This document shows positions 8,842-17,671 of a stretch of DNA of 64,000 nucleotides, one piece after another. Source of the stretch: an uncultured Chloroflexia bacterium (lineage in GTDB: Bacteria > Chloroflexota > Limnocylindria > Limnocylindrales > CSP1-4); assembly GCA_963696405.1 (NCBI GenBank), contig CAVOJY010000003.1, positions 66,407 through 130,406 of the forward strand, written 5' to 3'. How positions within the stretch are numbered: position 1 is the stretch's first letter; each line of letters starts with the position of its first letter. The notes below the pieces were generated by a model. That model made no database searches, had not been told where the DNA came from, and was given only the letters and a program-made list of their open reading frames with translations. Made by a program: the position numbers and the translations under genes.

Positions 8842-10046
8842 GTGCCTCCCTCTCCGATCACGCGACGGTAGATCTCGACGTGCCGATGCGCCGAGGATCT
8901 CCAGTCGAACTGGCGCGCCGTGGCAAATCCGCCCTGGCAGAGACGGGACGCGAGCACCGGGTCGGTGACCACACGGGCGAGAGCGGCGCCGAGCGCCTCC
9001 TCATCGTACGGCGGGACGAGGAGCGCGTTGACGCCATCCTGCAGGTACTCGTGGAGCACCTCGATGTCGCTGGCGACGACCGGCAAACCGGACGCCTGGG
9101 CCTCCAGCACGACGAGCCCCCAGCCCTCGGCGATCGAGGGGAAGGCCAGGACATCCGCCGCCCGGTAGCACGCGGCGATGACCTCTTCCTCGACTGGGCC
9201 CAGGATGCGGACGGCATCGGCGGGCAGCGTGCCGTCGCGGATGAGTCCGGCGAGTTCGCGCTCGTATGCGACGCGGTAGTCGCGGTAGTCGAAGAGCGTC
9301 TCGCCCCCGACCACGACCACGACGGGCTTCCGGCCGGTGGCCGCGGCAAGCGTCCGCTCGACCCGGGCAAACGCCCGCAGGAGCGTCAGGCTGTTCTTCC
9401 GCGGCTCGACGCCGCCCACGGCAAGGACCGCCACGGTGCCGTCCAGGCCGAGTCGTCGGCGGTCGGCCTCGCGCGCCGACTCGTCCGCGGGCGGCTGCCG
9501 GGCGGCGAGGTCCACGCCGTTGTGGACGACGGGGGCGTCGATCCCGTACTCGTCGCGCAGCCGGCGCTGCCACCACCGGCTGACGACCATCACGACGTCG
9601 GGGCGGACGATCGAGTCGTGCTGGCAGCTGATGAGACCGGGGCTCGTGAAGTCGTCCGTGTGGTGGACTGTCCGGACGACGGCCGGTACCAGTCCCTCGT
9701 CGCGGAGCTGGACCAGGGCGTTCCCGCTGATGCAGTCCTCGGCGTGGTAGATGTCGCATCCGCTGCCGGGGCCCAGGTCGTCGCGCAGGAAGTCGACGTA
9801 CGCCTGGATGTAGCGGGGCACCTTGTCATCCACCGACTCGTCGGGCACCTCGGCCACCGGGATGAACGTCGCGGGCACGCGGATCGGCCGGTAGAAGCCC
9901 GATCGGCCCGGCTTCTCGAGGGCGAAGAGGCGGACCTCGTGCCCCAGGTCCTGGAGCGCCTCCGCAAGCTGGAGCGAATGGACGACCCCGCCTCGCGCCC
10001 TGGTCGAGTACGTGAAGAGGCCGACGCGCAGCGGCCGGTCCGTCAT
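8838..10046 (-). CDS. GT4-family glycosyltransferase, resembling the MSMEG_0565 (Nit1C-cluster) glycosyltransferase family
   Basis: N-terminus LRVGLFTYSTRARGGVVHSLQLAEALQDLGHEV and a C-terminal GT-B motif (FPSIAEGWGLVVLEAQASGLPVVASD). The subfamily assignment is from memory of the family pattern and is not verified. Confidence 0.8.
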   Translation of the reverse strand: MTDRPLRVGLFTYSTRARGGVVHSLQLAEALQDLGHEVRLFALEKPGRSGFYRPIRVPATFIPVAEVPDESVDDKVPRYIQAYVDFLRDDLGPGSGCDIYHAEDCISGNALVQLRDEGLVPAVVRTVHHTDDFTSPGLISCQHDSIVRPDVVMVVSRWWQRRLRDEYGIDAPVVHNGVDLAARQPPADESAREADRRRLGLDGTVAVLAVGGVEPRKNSLTLLRAFARVERTLAAATGRKPVVVVVGGETLFDYRDYRVAYERELAGLIRDGTLPADAVRILGPVEEEVIAACYRAADVLAFPSIAEGWGLVVLEAQASGLPVVASDIEVLHEYLQDGVNALLVPPYDEEALGAALARVVTDPVLASRLCQGGFATARQFDWRSSAHRHVEIYRRVIGEGGT

Positions 10047-10090
10047 GACCTGTCGGCCCCCCGGCCCGCGGCTCTTCCGTTCGCCTGCGA

Positions 10091-11659
10091 TCAGGCCCGG
10101 CCGGAGACGATCAGTCCCGCGAGACGGGCGGCTTTCGCGTTCGTGGGCTGCACGATGACCCCGGCCGCCCGGAGCGTCTCCTCCTGCCGGTCGAGCCCCT
10201 GCGGATCAAGGTCCGTGCCGAGGACATGGGCCACCACGGCAAGTTCCCGTCCGGCGGACGCTGCCGCCGCGCGCGCCTCGCGGATGGCGGGGGCAAGCGC
10301 GCCGGCCGGGTCGTCGTGTGAGCCGTACCCGATCTCCACGTCGAGGAGCAGGACGGCCGTCTCGGGATCGGCCCCCTCCTGGAGGATGCGGTCGACGCGG
10401 AGCCGCGGGTCGATCATGGGGTGCGGGCGACCGCGGGTGAACTCCTCCTCGCCGAGGTCGACGAGGGCGTGTCCCTCGCTCTTCCAGGCATCGGCCAGGA
10501 GGAGGTTCGGGTCGCCCCCCGCGTTCGAGAGGACCTTGCCCAGCTCCATGGCCGGGTCGCGGAGGATGAGCAGCGACTCGTCGCAGAGGCTGCCGCCCGA
10601 GTAGAGGCCGCGCAGGTACTTCTGACCGGGGGCGAGCTTCGCCGCCGCCGCCGCGGCCAGCTCCTCGATCTCCCCCGCGCGGCCTTCGAACGGGTCGGCC
10701 GTGCTGCTGTCGAGCGCCTGGAGGGCGCGCGTGGCGGCTTCCTCCAGCGTGCGGGCGAAGGTCAGGTTCGCCCCCTGGACGCTCGTCGGCTCGCCGCCGA
10801 GGAAGCCGACGACGACCGGCTTCCCGCACTCGCGCGCCTGCGCCAGGACCTGGTCGGCCACGATCTTCTCCGGCGGCTTCGAGAGGAGGGCGATGACCTT
10901 CGTGTCGGGGTCCTCGGCCAGGAGCTCGAGCCCGAGGCGGGTGGTGAGTCCCCCCACGGCGACGCGCAGGTCGCGTCCGCCGGTCCCGATCCCCTGGCTG
11001 ATGCCGGAGCCTCCCCGGTGGACGAGGACGGTGAACTCCTGGAGCCCGGTGCCGGAGCCCGCCACGACGCCGATGGGTCCGCTGCGGACGCGGTTGGCAA
11101 AGGCGAGGGCAACCCCGTCGATGATGGCCGTCCCGGCTCCCGGGCCCATGACCAGGAGCCGGCGCTTGACGGCCTGCGCCTTGAGATCCCGCTCGTCCTC
11201 GATCGAGACGTTGTCGCTGAAGAGAAGGACGTGGCAGCCGGCCTCGATGGCATGTGCGGCCTCGAGCGTGGCGTACTCACCCGCGACAGACACGATTGCG
11301 ATCTCCGCCCCGCCGAGCCTCGCGACGCCCTTCTTCAGCGTGCGTGCCGGCGCCGGCCCCGCCTCGTCGCCCTCGCGCGGCTGCGATGCGGCCACCAGGA
11401 GTTCCTCGGCACGGGTCACCGCCGCGTCCGCCGCCGCGTCGTCACCCGCCTCCACGGCGATGACGAGGTCGTCCGACTTCGCGCCGGCGAGGGCTTCGTC
11501 GAGAAGCCCGGCCTCGGACAGGAGGCGGAGGTTCGCATCGGTGGCCATGCCCACGACCGACTGCGTCACGCCGGGCAGATGGGCCAGCTCGTCGGAGATG
11601 CGCATGAGGCGCACGGAATCCTGGTAGATGCCCGGCTTGAGGCGCGTTCGAACGCTCAC
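10091..11659 (-). CDS. fdrA: FdrA family protein (succinyl-CoA-synthetase-alpha-like; AllF-like)
   Basis: N-terminus LKPGIYQDSVRLMRISDEL...VVGMATDANLRLL parallels E. coli FdrA. CoA-ligase-like glycine-rich segments follow (GPIGVVAGSGTGLQE). Confidence 0.85.
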   Translation of the reverse strand: MSVRTRLKPGIYQDSVRLMRISDELAHLPGVTQSVVGMATDANLRLLSEAGLLDEALAGAKSDDLVIAVEAGDDAAADAAVTRAEELLVAASQPREGDEAGPAPARTLKKGVARLGGAEIAIVSVAGEYATLEAAHAIEAGCHVLLFSDNVSIEDERDLKAQAVKRRLLVMGPGAGTAIIDGVALAFANRVRSGPIGVVAGSGTGLQEFTVLVHRGGSGISQGIGTGGRDLRVAVGGLTTRLGLELLAEDPDTKVIALLSKPPEKIVADQVLAQARECGKPVVVGFLGGEPTSVQGANLTFARTLEEAATRALQALDSSTADPFEGRAGEIEELAAAAAAKLAPGQKYLRGLYSGGSLCDESLLILRDPAMELGKVLSNAGGDPNLLLADAWKSEGHALVDLGEEEFTRGRPHPMIDPRLRVDRILQEGADPETAVLLLDVEIGYGSHDDPAGALAPAIREARAAAASAGRELAVVAHVLGTDLDPQGLDRQEETLRAAGVIVQPTNAKAARLAGLIVSGRA

Positions 11660-12036
11660 GTGGGTGTCCCCCGCTTCTTCTTGGCGGCCGTCTGGCGCTC
11701 ATCTTTGACGCCGCGGACGAATTCCTGGACCTGGCCCGGCGAGTCGCCGCGCTCCACCTGCCGGGCGACCTCGCCGATCGCCGTGTCGCCCGTTCCCTTC
11801 GCGTAGCCGTCGGCCAGCTTGCCGGTGTACATCCGTCCGTCGGCCGGCCGGAGCTCCCCGGGCTTGGGCCCGGTGTCCTTCGTCCCGGTGTGGAGCACCG
11901 CCGGTGCGCTCATGCGACGGGCGACGCGGCTGCTCTTGCATCTCTCGCAGCGGACGTCCTTCGCCTGGGTCGAGCTTCGGAACCAGACCTCGAACCGCTC
12001 GCCGCAGTCCTCGCACTCGTACTCGTAGATCGGCAT
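11656..12036 (-). CDS. FmdB-family zinc-ribbon protein
   Basis: MPIYEYECEDCGERFEV...VRCERCKS is the CxxC...CxxC zinc ribbon of the FmdB/CxxC_CxxC_SSSS family. Its stop overlaps the fdrA GTG start. Confidence 0.85.
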   Translation of the reverse strand: MPIYEYECEDCGERFEVWFRSSTQAKDVRCERCKSSRVARRMSAPAVLHTGTKDTGPKPGELRPADGRMYTGKLADGYAKGTGDTAIGEVARQVERGDSPGQVQEFVRGVKDERQTAAKKKRGTPT

Positions 12037-12039
12037 GGC

Positions 12040-12848
12040 TCAGCTTCTCCCGGCCTTGACGTCGGACGCCGCCGCACGCGCGGCATCGCTTGCCAGCCGG
12101 CGCTCGTACCGTTTCTTGTACTTGCGTTTCGCCTGCTCGAAAGCCTTCTCCATCGACTCGCGGTCGGCGAACGTGCGGGTCTCCTCGAGCGGCTTCGCCC
12201 CCCGTACCGGCGCCCCGGTCTCGGGGTTCACGGCCATGATCTCGAGCCACCAGCTCACGCCGCGGTCCCAGTCCCGCGAGGAGGAGGCGAAGACCGCGAC
12301 CCCGGCGCGGGTGTGGATGTCCACGCGCCGGAACGTGCGCTGGCCTCCGAAGGCGATGAAGCCGTCCGCCGTCCGCAACCAGGTTTCCCCGGCCTCACGC
12401 GCCGCAGCCATCCGTTCCGCCGTCGCCGACGTCAGCTCCTCGCTGCGGATGTCGTGGAGACGCAGGTTGAACGCCGCATCCCGGGCCGACGCTACGTCCA
12501 CCCAGTCGGCCTCGACCGTGTTCAGCGCCGCGAGGCGCTCCTCGGCCCACTCCACGTCACGCTCGTCGTACGCTGCCTCGAGCTCCTCCTCGGAACCGAT
12601 GTCGGCGAGGCCGGCAGCAAGGCCATGGACCGCCGCCAGGGCGGCGTTGTAGAACTCCGGTTCGGCGAGGCCGTAGCCGAAGAACAGCGCCTCCGCCTCG
12701 CGCCACCGGCGGAGGAGGTCCGGGCGAATCGACGGCTCGGCGGTCCGCTCGACCGGGCTCCTGGCGAGCCTGTCCGCGGGCGGACCAGCCGCCCTGCCGC
12801 CGGCGGACCAGCCGCCCTGCCGCCTGGCCGCCCGGCCGATCCTTCGGC
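12040..12848 (-). pseudogene. Conserved hypothetical protein, 5' end frameshifted by a 23-bp tandem duplication (or an assembly artefact)
   Basis: The protein-like frame (RWREAEALFFGYGLAEPEFYNAAL...KRKYKKRYERRL) has no ATG/GTG near its 5' end. ATG at 12848 overlaps the DUF1116 stop (TGATG) but is out of frame. Deleting one 23-bp repeat copy restores the frame (my arithmetic is in the findings). Confidence 0.5.
12779..12824 (-). repeat. Perfect 2 x 23-bp tandem duplication (ggcggaccagccgccctgccgcc)
   Basis: Read directly: 12779-12801 and 12802-12824 are identical. Confidence 0.95.
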
Positions 12849-12850
12849 CA

Positions 12851-14287
12851 TCAGGCGGCTCCGCCCTCCGCCGCCCACTTCTCGCCCAGGGCGCGCAGGG
12901 CGTCCTGGAAGAGCTCGATCGGGCCCGGTGCGGCCCCCGCGCCGATCTGGCCGGCGACGGGGCTCGTCTCGTGGACGGCGCCGGTGTCGATCCGCGGCAC
13001 GATGCCCGTCTCGACGACGAGCCGAACGTCGATGCCGGTGGGGGTGCCGGCAAAACCGAGTGCCGGGACGGTGAACGTGGGGTGCGCGCCGACGCAGATC
13101 GTGCCCATGTCCTCGGCCGCGCGGGATTCGTCGTCCACCGTCCCGCCGGCGAAGGCGGCCATGGTGGGCGCCGCGGCGATGGCCATGTAGCCGATCCCGG
13201 CGCACTCGATGATCGAGCTGTCGCCGATGTCCCCGGCGTTGTCGCGGTCCGAGAAGCCGGTGTAGTAGAGGACGTTCTCCCAGGCCGGGAGCGGGCGTGT
13301 CAGCCACTGGTCGCCCAGGCCGCTCACGCGCAGGCCGAAGTCCCGGGCGTTCCGGCTCATGCCGGTGACCACCGTGGAGTACGGGATGCCGTGGGCCGCA
13401 TCCGCTGCCACCCTGCAGCCGGCCATCGTGACGGGCAACGCGAAGAGCGGGTTGGTCTCGAGGAAGCGGATGACCCGCGCCGCCGCGGGTCCGGAGATGC
13501 CCGCCTCCAACATCGGTGCCGCGAGCGACCGGATCAGCAGCGCGGTCAGGGCCTGGAACCGGGCGTGGAGTTCGTCTCCCATCTGGAGGGCCTGGGCGAA
13601 GACCGAGAAGAGGTCCAGGCCGTGGAGCCGGTCGAGCGCCGCGGTGACCGCCGGCCCCAGTTCGTCGCGGAACCAGTCCAGGCGGTCGAAGGTGGGGGTC
13701 CCCGGGTTCCCCAGCCAGATCGTGTGCTCACGCCCCTCGTTGATGAGGCCGTATGCAGACAGGCCGAGGGCTTCGTCCCGGACGACGTGGACGGGCATGG
13801 AGGGCGAGATGACGCCCGCCATCGGGCAGACCGACGAGTGGAGGTTCGTGGGCTCCAGGCGGATCTCCCCGGCGCGCAGGTCCCGGGCTGCGGCGTCCGG
13901 GTTGGGGGCCCAGCCCTCCCACACGGCGGCCCAGGCGGCCGCCCGCTGGTGAGGTCCGCACATGACCTCGTACGGCCGGGCGGGCCCGGAATGGATGATG
14001 ATCCGGCCGTCCATCCCCGGGATGGCGTCCCCGGCACGGCGGATCCCCACCCAGGACGGCCGCGCGGATACGAGGCGCCTGAGCGCCTCGGCATTGGCGG
14101 CGGCGATGTGCTCGCGCACGGGACCCGTGGCGACCAGGAGACGGACGAGCTCCGGGTCCCCGCCAGCGGGCGGCCGCCACGCGACGTCGATGGCGGGGAT
14201 CTCCTGCGCGCGTACCGCTTCGGAGAAGGATTCCAGGCCGACGTTGACGACGCGCGTGGACGCGCCGGTGAGATAGCCCACGCTCAA
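12851..14287 (-). CDS. DUF1116 domain protein (YlbE/AllG-like)
   Basis: 478 aa. The general pattern and its position next to FdrA match the YlbE/DUF1116 family. The start is TTG or a nearby GTG and overlaps the OsmC stop. Confidence 0.75.
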   Translation of the reverse strand: MSVGYLTGASTRVVNVGLESFSEAVRAQEIPAIDVAWRPPAGGDPELVRLLVATGPVREHIAAANAEALRRLVSARPSWVGIRRAGDAIPGMDGRIIIHSGPARPYEVMCGPHQRAAAWAAVWEGWAPNPDAAARDLRAGEIRLEPTNLHSSVCPMAGVISPSMPVHVVRDEALGLSAYGLINEGREHTIWLGNPGTPTFDRLDWFRDELGPAVTAALDRLHGLDLFSVFAQALQMGDELHARFQALTALLIRSLAAPMLEAGISGPAAARVIRFLETNPLFALPVTMAGCRVAADAAHGIPYSTVVTGMSRNARDFGLRVSGLGDQWLTRPLPAWENVLYYTGFSDRDNAGDIGDSSIIECAGIGYMAIAAAPTMAAFAGGTVDDESRAAEDMGTICVGAHPTFTVPALGFAGTPTGIDVRLVVETGIVPRIDTGAVHETSPVAGQIGAGAAPGPIELFQDALRALGEKWAAEGGAA

Positions 14288-14841
14288 CCCTCGCTCATTC
14301 CACTCGTCTTATCGTGCGATTCTCCGGTCCCCGGCACCACGGCGGACACCTTCAGGCCGATGCCCGGCACGATCGACCGCGTGATCCAGCAGACGTCCTC
14401 GGCCAGGTGCACCAGCCGCTCGAACTCCTCGGGCGCGGTGACCGCCAGTGTGCTGGCCGCACTCACCTCGATCAGCTCGTAGCGGCGTTCCGGGTAGTCG
14501 TGCACACCGCTGACGATCACCTCGAGGTCCGGGAGCTCGATGCGCCGCTTGCGCGCCGCCCATGCGACCGCCATGGCGAAGCAGGAGGCCACGCTGGCGA
14601 AGAGGTACTCGGACGGCATCGGAGCGCTGTCCGTGCCGCCGTCCTCGACCCGCTCGTCGGAGGTGAGCCGGAACCGACCCTGCCGGACACTCATCTCCAC
14701 CCGGAACCCGCCCAGCCAGGTTGCCTCAACGCGGCGGTGGCCGTGCGGGTGGAGGACGCCGGACGGTCTCCAGGGTCCCTTCGACCGGGCCGGCTCGTCG
14801 GGAACCGGCCCGGTCGGGATGGGCTCTACGCGGGATCCCAA
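14284..14841 (-). CDS. OsmC/Ohr family protein
   Basis: Two conserved Cys contexts (LFASVASCFAMAV and LAEDVCWITRS). Start uncertain; an in-frame TTG at 14841 is the nearest candidate that keeps the OsmC N-terminal strand. Confidence 0.65.
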   Translation of the reverse strand: MGSRVEPIPTGPVPDEPARSKGPWRPSGVLHPHGHRRVEATWLGGFRVEMSVRQGRFRLTSDERVEDGGTDSAPMPSEYLFASVASCFAMAVAWAARKRRIELPDLEVIVSGVHDYPERRYELIEVSAASTLAVTAPEEFERLVHLAEDVCWITRSIVPGIGLKVSAVVPGTGESHDKTSGMSEG

Positions 14842-15092
14842 TCCTGTCCTTTCCGGATGAGCATGATGCTCATGATCCTGGAGCGGAGCGGGACGGGAAC
14901 CATTCGGTACCCTGTCTTGAACCCCCAGCGGATGATGCGAACCCACCACTGGCGCTTCAGCGGCCTGACCGCGGACTCGGGGTACTTGCGGTACAGCTCC
15001 TCCTGGGCGACCTCGACGAGGGCGCGCTCGGAGAGCCTGCGGAACTTCTGGATGAAGGAGTAGGGAGTCTCTTCGCGAATCACCGCGGGCAT
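14826..15092 (-). CDS. Small conserved hypothetical protein (88 aa)
   Basis: Composition is non-shadow-like (K/Y/F/I/W rich: YSFIQKFRRLSERALVEVAQEELYRKYPE...WWVRIIRWGFKTGY). Lies directly downstream of the flavoprotein, mirroring the flavoprotein + small protein pair of MSMEG_0569/0570-type clusters (context inference only). Confidence 0.5.
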   Translation of the reverse strand: MPAVIREETPYSFIQKFRRLSERALVEVAQEELYRKYPESAVRPLKRQWWVRIIRWGFKTGYRMVPVPLRSRIMSIMLIRKGQDWDPA

Positions 15093-15102
15093 GGCTCGTC
15101 TC

Positions 15103-16443
15103 CTACCGCGGCGGGAGTTTCTTCAGCGCGTCCTTCGCCGCCAGGCAGATCGGCTCGTTCAGCGCGCCGATCGGCGGTGAGTAGACGTTCTCCATGGTCG
15201 CCAGCTCGTCCACGGTGGCGTGCTTGCGCATCGCGAAGGCGATGAAGTCGGAGCGCTCCTTGACCCCCTCGCCGCCGTAGAACTGGATGCCGAGCAGTTC
15301 CCGGGTCTTGGGGTCCACCAGCATCTTCACGTTCATCGGCTCGACGTTCGGGTGGTAGCGGGCGCAGGTGATGCCCTTCGCCTCGCCGATGATGTACGAC
15401 TTGCCCAGCGCCTTTGCGAGCGTCTCGGTGATGAGGACGCCGCCGATCTGGACGTGGCCCACCTCGAGCGACCAGGGAAAGTAGGCAGCCCGCGTGTGCA
15501 TGGCCCCGCCGGCCGCGTTGATGCCGGCCACGCGACCCTGCGGGTAGGCGTACGTCGAGGGAAGGATCGGCGCCGGGACTCCGGCGACCGCCTGCATCGA
15601 CTCCACCACGGCCCCCGCGGCGTACACGTCGGGCACGTTCGTCCGCATCATGTCGTCCACGATGAGCCCGTGCCCGCTGCCGAGCTTGCACCCGATCGAC
15701 TCCGCGAGCGCGGTGTTCGGCTTTTCGTCGGCCGCCATGAACGCCATCTGGCAGGGGATCTCGCCCTTGTCGGTGACGGCCGCGACGAGCTTGCCGTCCT
15801 TGCCCTTCAGCTCCTTGAGCTCGGTCGTGAACATGAACTTCACGCCCATGTGCTCGAGGCTGTCCTGGCCGATCTTCATGACGTCCGGGTCGGCGAACTC
15901 CGCCTGGAGCCACGGCTCGTCGTCGATGACGGTGACGTTCTTGCCGCGGTTCGCGAGGCCCGTGGCAAGCTCGAGCCCGACCGGCCGGCCCTTCCACACG
16001 ATGACGTCCTGGACGCTGTCCAGCTCCTTGTCGATCTCCTTGGCGCGCTCGATGTTCTTGACGAACTGGACCCCATCGAGCTCGACGCCCGGGATCTTCG
16101 GCAGGACGTAGGCCCACCCGGTGCCGATGACCAGCTTGTCGAACGGGAATTCCTGGCCACCCTGCGCCACCACCGTCTTGCGGTTCATGTCGATCGACTC
16201 AACCGTCGTCGAGAGCTGGAGGTTGATGCCGATCTCCTTGGTGTAGAACTCGGGACCCTGGAGAATCAGCTTATCCATGCTCTCGATCTCGCGACCGAAG
16301 ACGTACGGGATGCCGCATGGGCTGTACGCCGTGATCGCGAAATCCCCGATGAGCGTGACGTCGTGCGTTCGGTCGTACTGCTTTGCCTGCGTTGCGGCCG
16401 ACGTTCCGGCCGCGCCGGCGCCGATCACGACAATTCGAGCCAT
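15103..16443 (-). CDS. FAD-dependent pyridine nucleotide-disulfide oxidoreductase (NADH oxidase / CoA-disulfide reductase-like)
   Basis: MARIVVIGAGAAGTSAA dinucleotide fold, the single redox Cys context YSPCGIPY typical of the Nox/CoADR class, and a second GxGxxG (VWKGRPVGLELA). GAGGAGG SD upstream. Confidence 0.85.
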   Translation of the reverse strand: MARIVVIGAGAAGTSAATQAKQYDRTHDVTLIGDFAITAYSPCGIPYVFGREIESMDKLILQGPEFYTKEIGINLQLSTTVESIDMNRKTVVAQGGQEFPFDKLVIGTGWAYVLPKIPGVELDGVQFVKNIERAKEIDKELDSVQDVIVWKGRPVGLELATGLANRGKNVTVIDDEPWLQAEFADPDVMKIGQDSLEHMGVKFMFTTELKELKGKDGKLVAAVTDKGEIPCQMAFMAADEKPNTALAESIGCKLGSGHGLIVDDMMRTNVPDVYAAGAVVESMQAVAGVPAPILPSTYAYPQGRVAGINAAGGAMHTRAAYFPWSLEVGHVQIGGVLITETLAKALGKSYIIGEAKGITCARYHPNVEPMNVKMLVDPKTRELLGIQFYGGEGVKERSDFIAFAMRKHATVDELATMENVYSPPIGALNEPICLAAKDALKKLPPR

Positions 16444-16591
16444 CCGCTACCTCCTCGAGCAATGCGCAAGTAGAACGGGGAAAAAGGGAATGATACCCAC
16501 GGGGACGTTGCCCTGACTCTGGCCCCGGCGGCCGGCGGCGGCGAGTGCCGTTCGGCCCAGCGTCGGCCCCCGGGGAGCATGACCTCCAGCC

Positions 16592-17671
16592 CTATGCAGG
16601 CCTCGCGGCCTCCGCGTAGTCGGCGTGCCGCGCGTAGAGACCGGGCTCACCGCCCGTGTGGACGAACACGACGGTCGCGTCGCGGGCGATCTCGCCGCGA
16701 CGCACCAGGCCGACGAGCCCGGCCATCGCCTTCCCGGTGTAGACGGGATCCAGCACGAGGCCCTCTGTCTCCAGGGCCAGGCGGATCGCCGCGCCGCACT
16801 CTGTCGTGGGGGCCCCGTAGCCCCCGCCGATGTAGCCGTCCTCGAGGTGGACGTCGGCCGCGTCGATGGTCACCCCCAGGCGCAGGAGATCCGCGGTGCC
16901 CTGGGCGAGACCCAGGACACGCGGCGCCATGTCCGCGCGGCTCCGGCTCACCAGGATCCCCACGACCCGGTACGTCGCGTGGATCCAGGCTGCGCCCGCG
17001 AGCAGGCCCGCGTGGGTCCCGCCCGAGCCGTTGGCCACCACGAGGACCTCCGGCCGGGCGTCCTTCTCCGCGAGCTGCGCCTCGAGCTCGGCGCTTGCCT
17101 CCACGTACCCGGCGTCGCCCACCGGGGTCGCCGCCCCGCGCGCGAGGACGCACGGTCGCCGGCCGGCCCCGCGCAGCTCGGCGGCGAGGGCATCCGCGGC
17201 CGGCTCCACCGAGCCGCGGTCGGGATCCCCGGTGAAGACGAAGCGCGTGCCCACGAGCGACTCGAGGAGGAGGTTGCCGTCCCGTTCGGCCGGCGGGGAG
17301 CCGTAGAACACCGCGATCGGGTCGAGGCCGGCCGCGCGCGCCGCGATCATGGCCGTCCGGACGGCGTTCGACTGCGGCCCGCCCACGGCGATCAGCGTGT
17401 CGGCGCCCTGGGCCAGGGCCTCGCCGATCAGGAACTCGAGCTTGCGTACCTTGTTGCCTCCAGCCCCGAACCCGGTCAGGTCGTCGCGCTTGACCAGGAG
17501 CCGGTCCACGCCGATGGCACGGGCCAGGCACCGCGCGTCGTGGAGGGGCGTCGGCAGGTGCGCGAGCGGAAAGCGCGGCAGCGTGACCGGCAGCGCGCGC
17601 TGGACGGGGCGTTGCCGTCCCTCGGCGGCATGCGCCGCGATCGGCCGGTCGCCCGCAGACGGTTCGGTCAT
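16592..17671 (-). CDS. ACC deaminase / D-cysteine desulfhydrase family PLP-dependent enzyme
   Basis: LPTPLH...LLVKRDDLTGFGAGGNKVRKLEFLIGEA...AVGGPQSNAVR. Family-typical PLP-lysine motif (GGNKxRKLE). Confidence 0.85.
   Translation of the reverse strand: MTEPSAGDRPIAAHAAEGRQRPVQRALPVTLPRFPLAHLPTPLHDARCLARAIGVDRLLVKRDDLTGFGAGGNKVRKLEFLIGEALAQGADTLIAVGGPQSNAVRTAMIAARAAGLDPIAVFYGSPPAERDGNLLLESLVGTRFVFTGDPDRGSVEPAADALAAELRGAGRRPCVLARGAATPVGDAGYVEASAELEAQLAEKDARPEVLVVANGSGGTHAGLLAGAAWIHATYRVVGILVSRSRADMAPRVLGLAQGTADLLRLGVTIDAADVHLEDGYIGGGYGAPTTECGAAIRLALETEGLVLDPVYTGKAMAGLVGLVRRGEIARDATVVFVHTGGEPGLYARHADYAEAARPA

Noticed and set aside
12522-13307. 261-aa minus-strand ORF overlapping the DUF1116 3' end
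   Set aside because: Only its internal ATG at 12848 and the next ~20 codons are meaningful, as the pre-duplication start of the downstream gene. The rest is R/S/P-rich nonsense.
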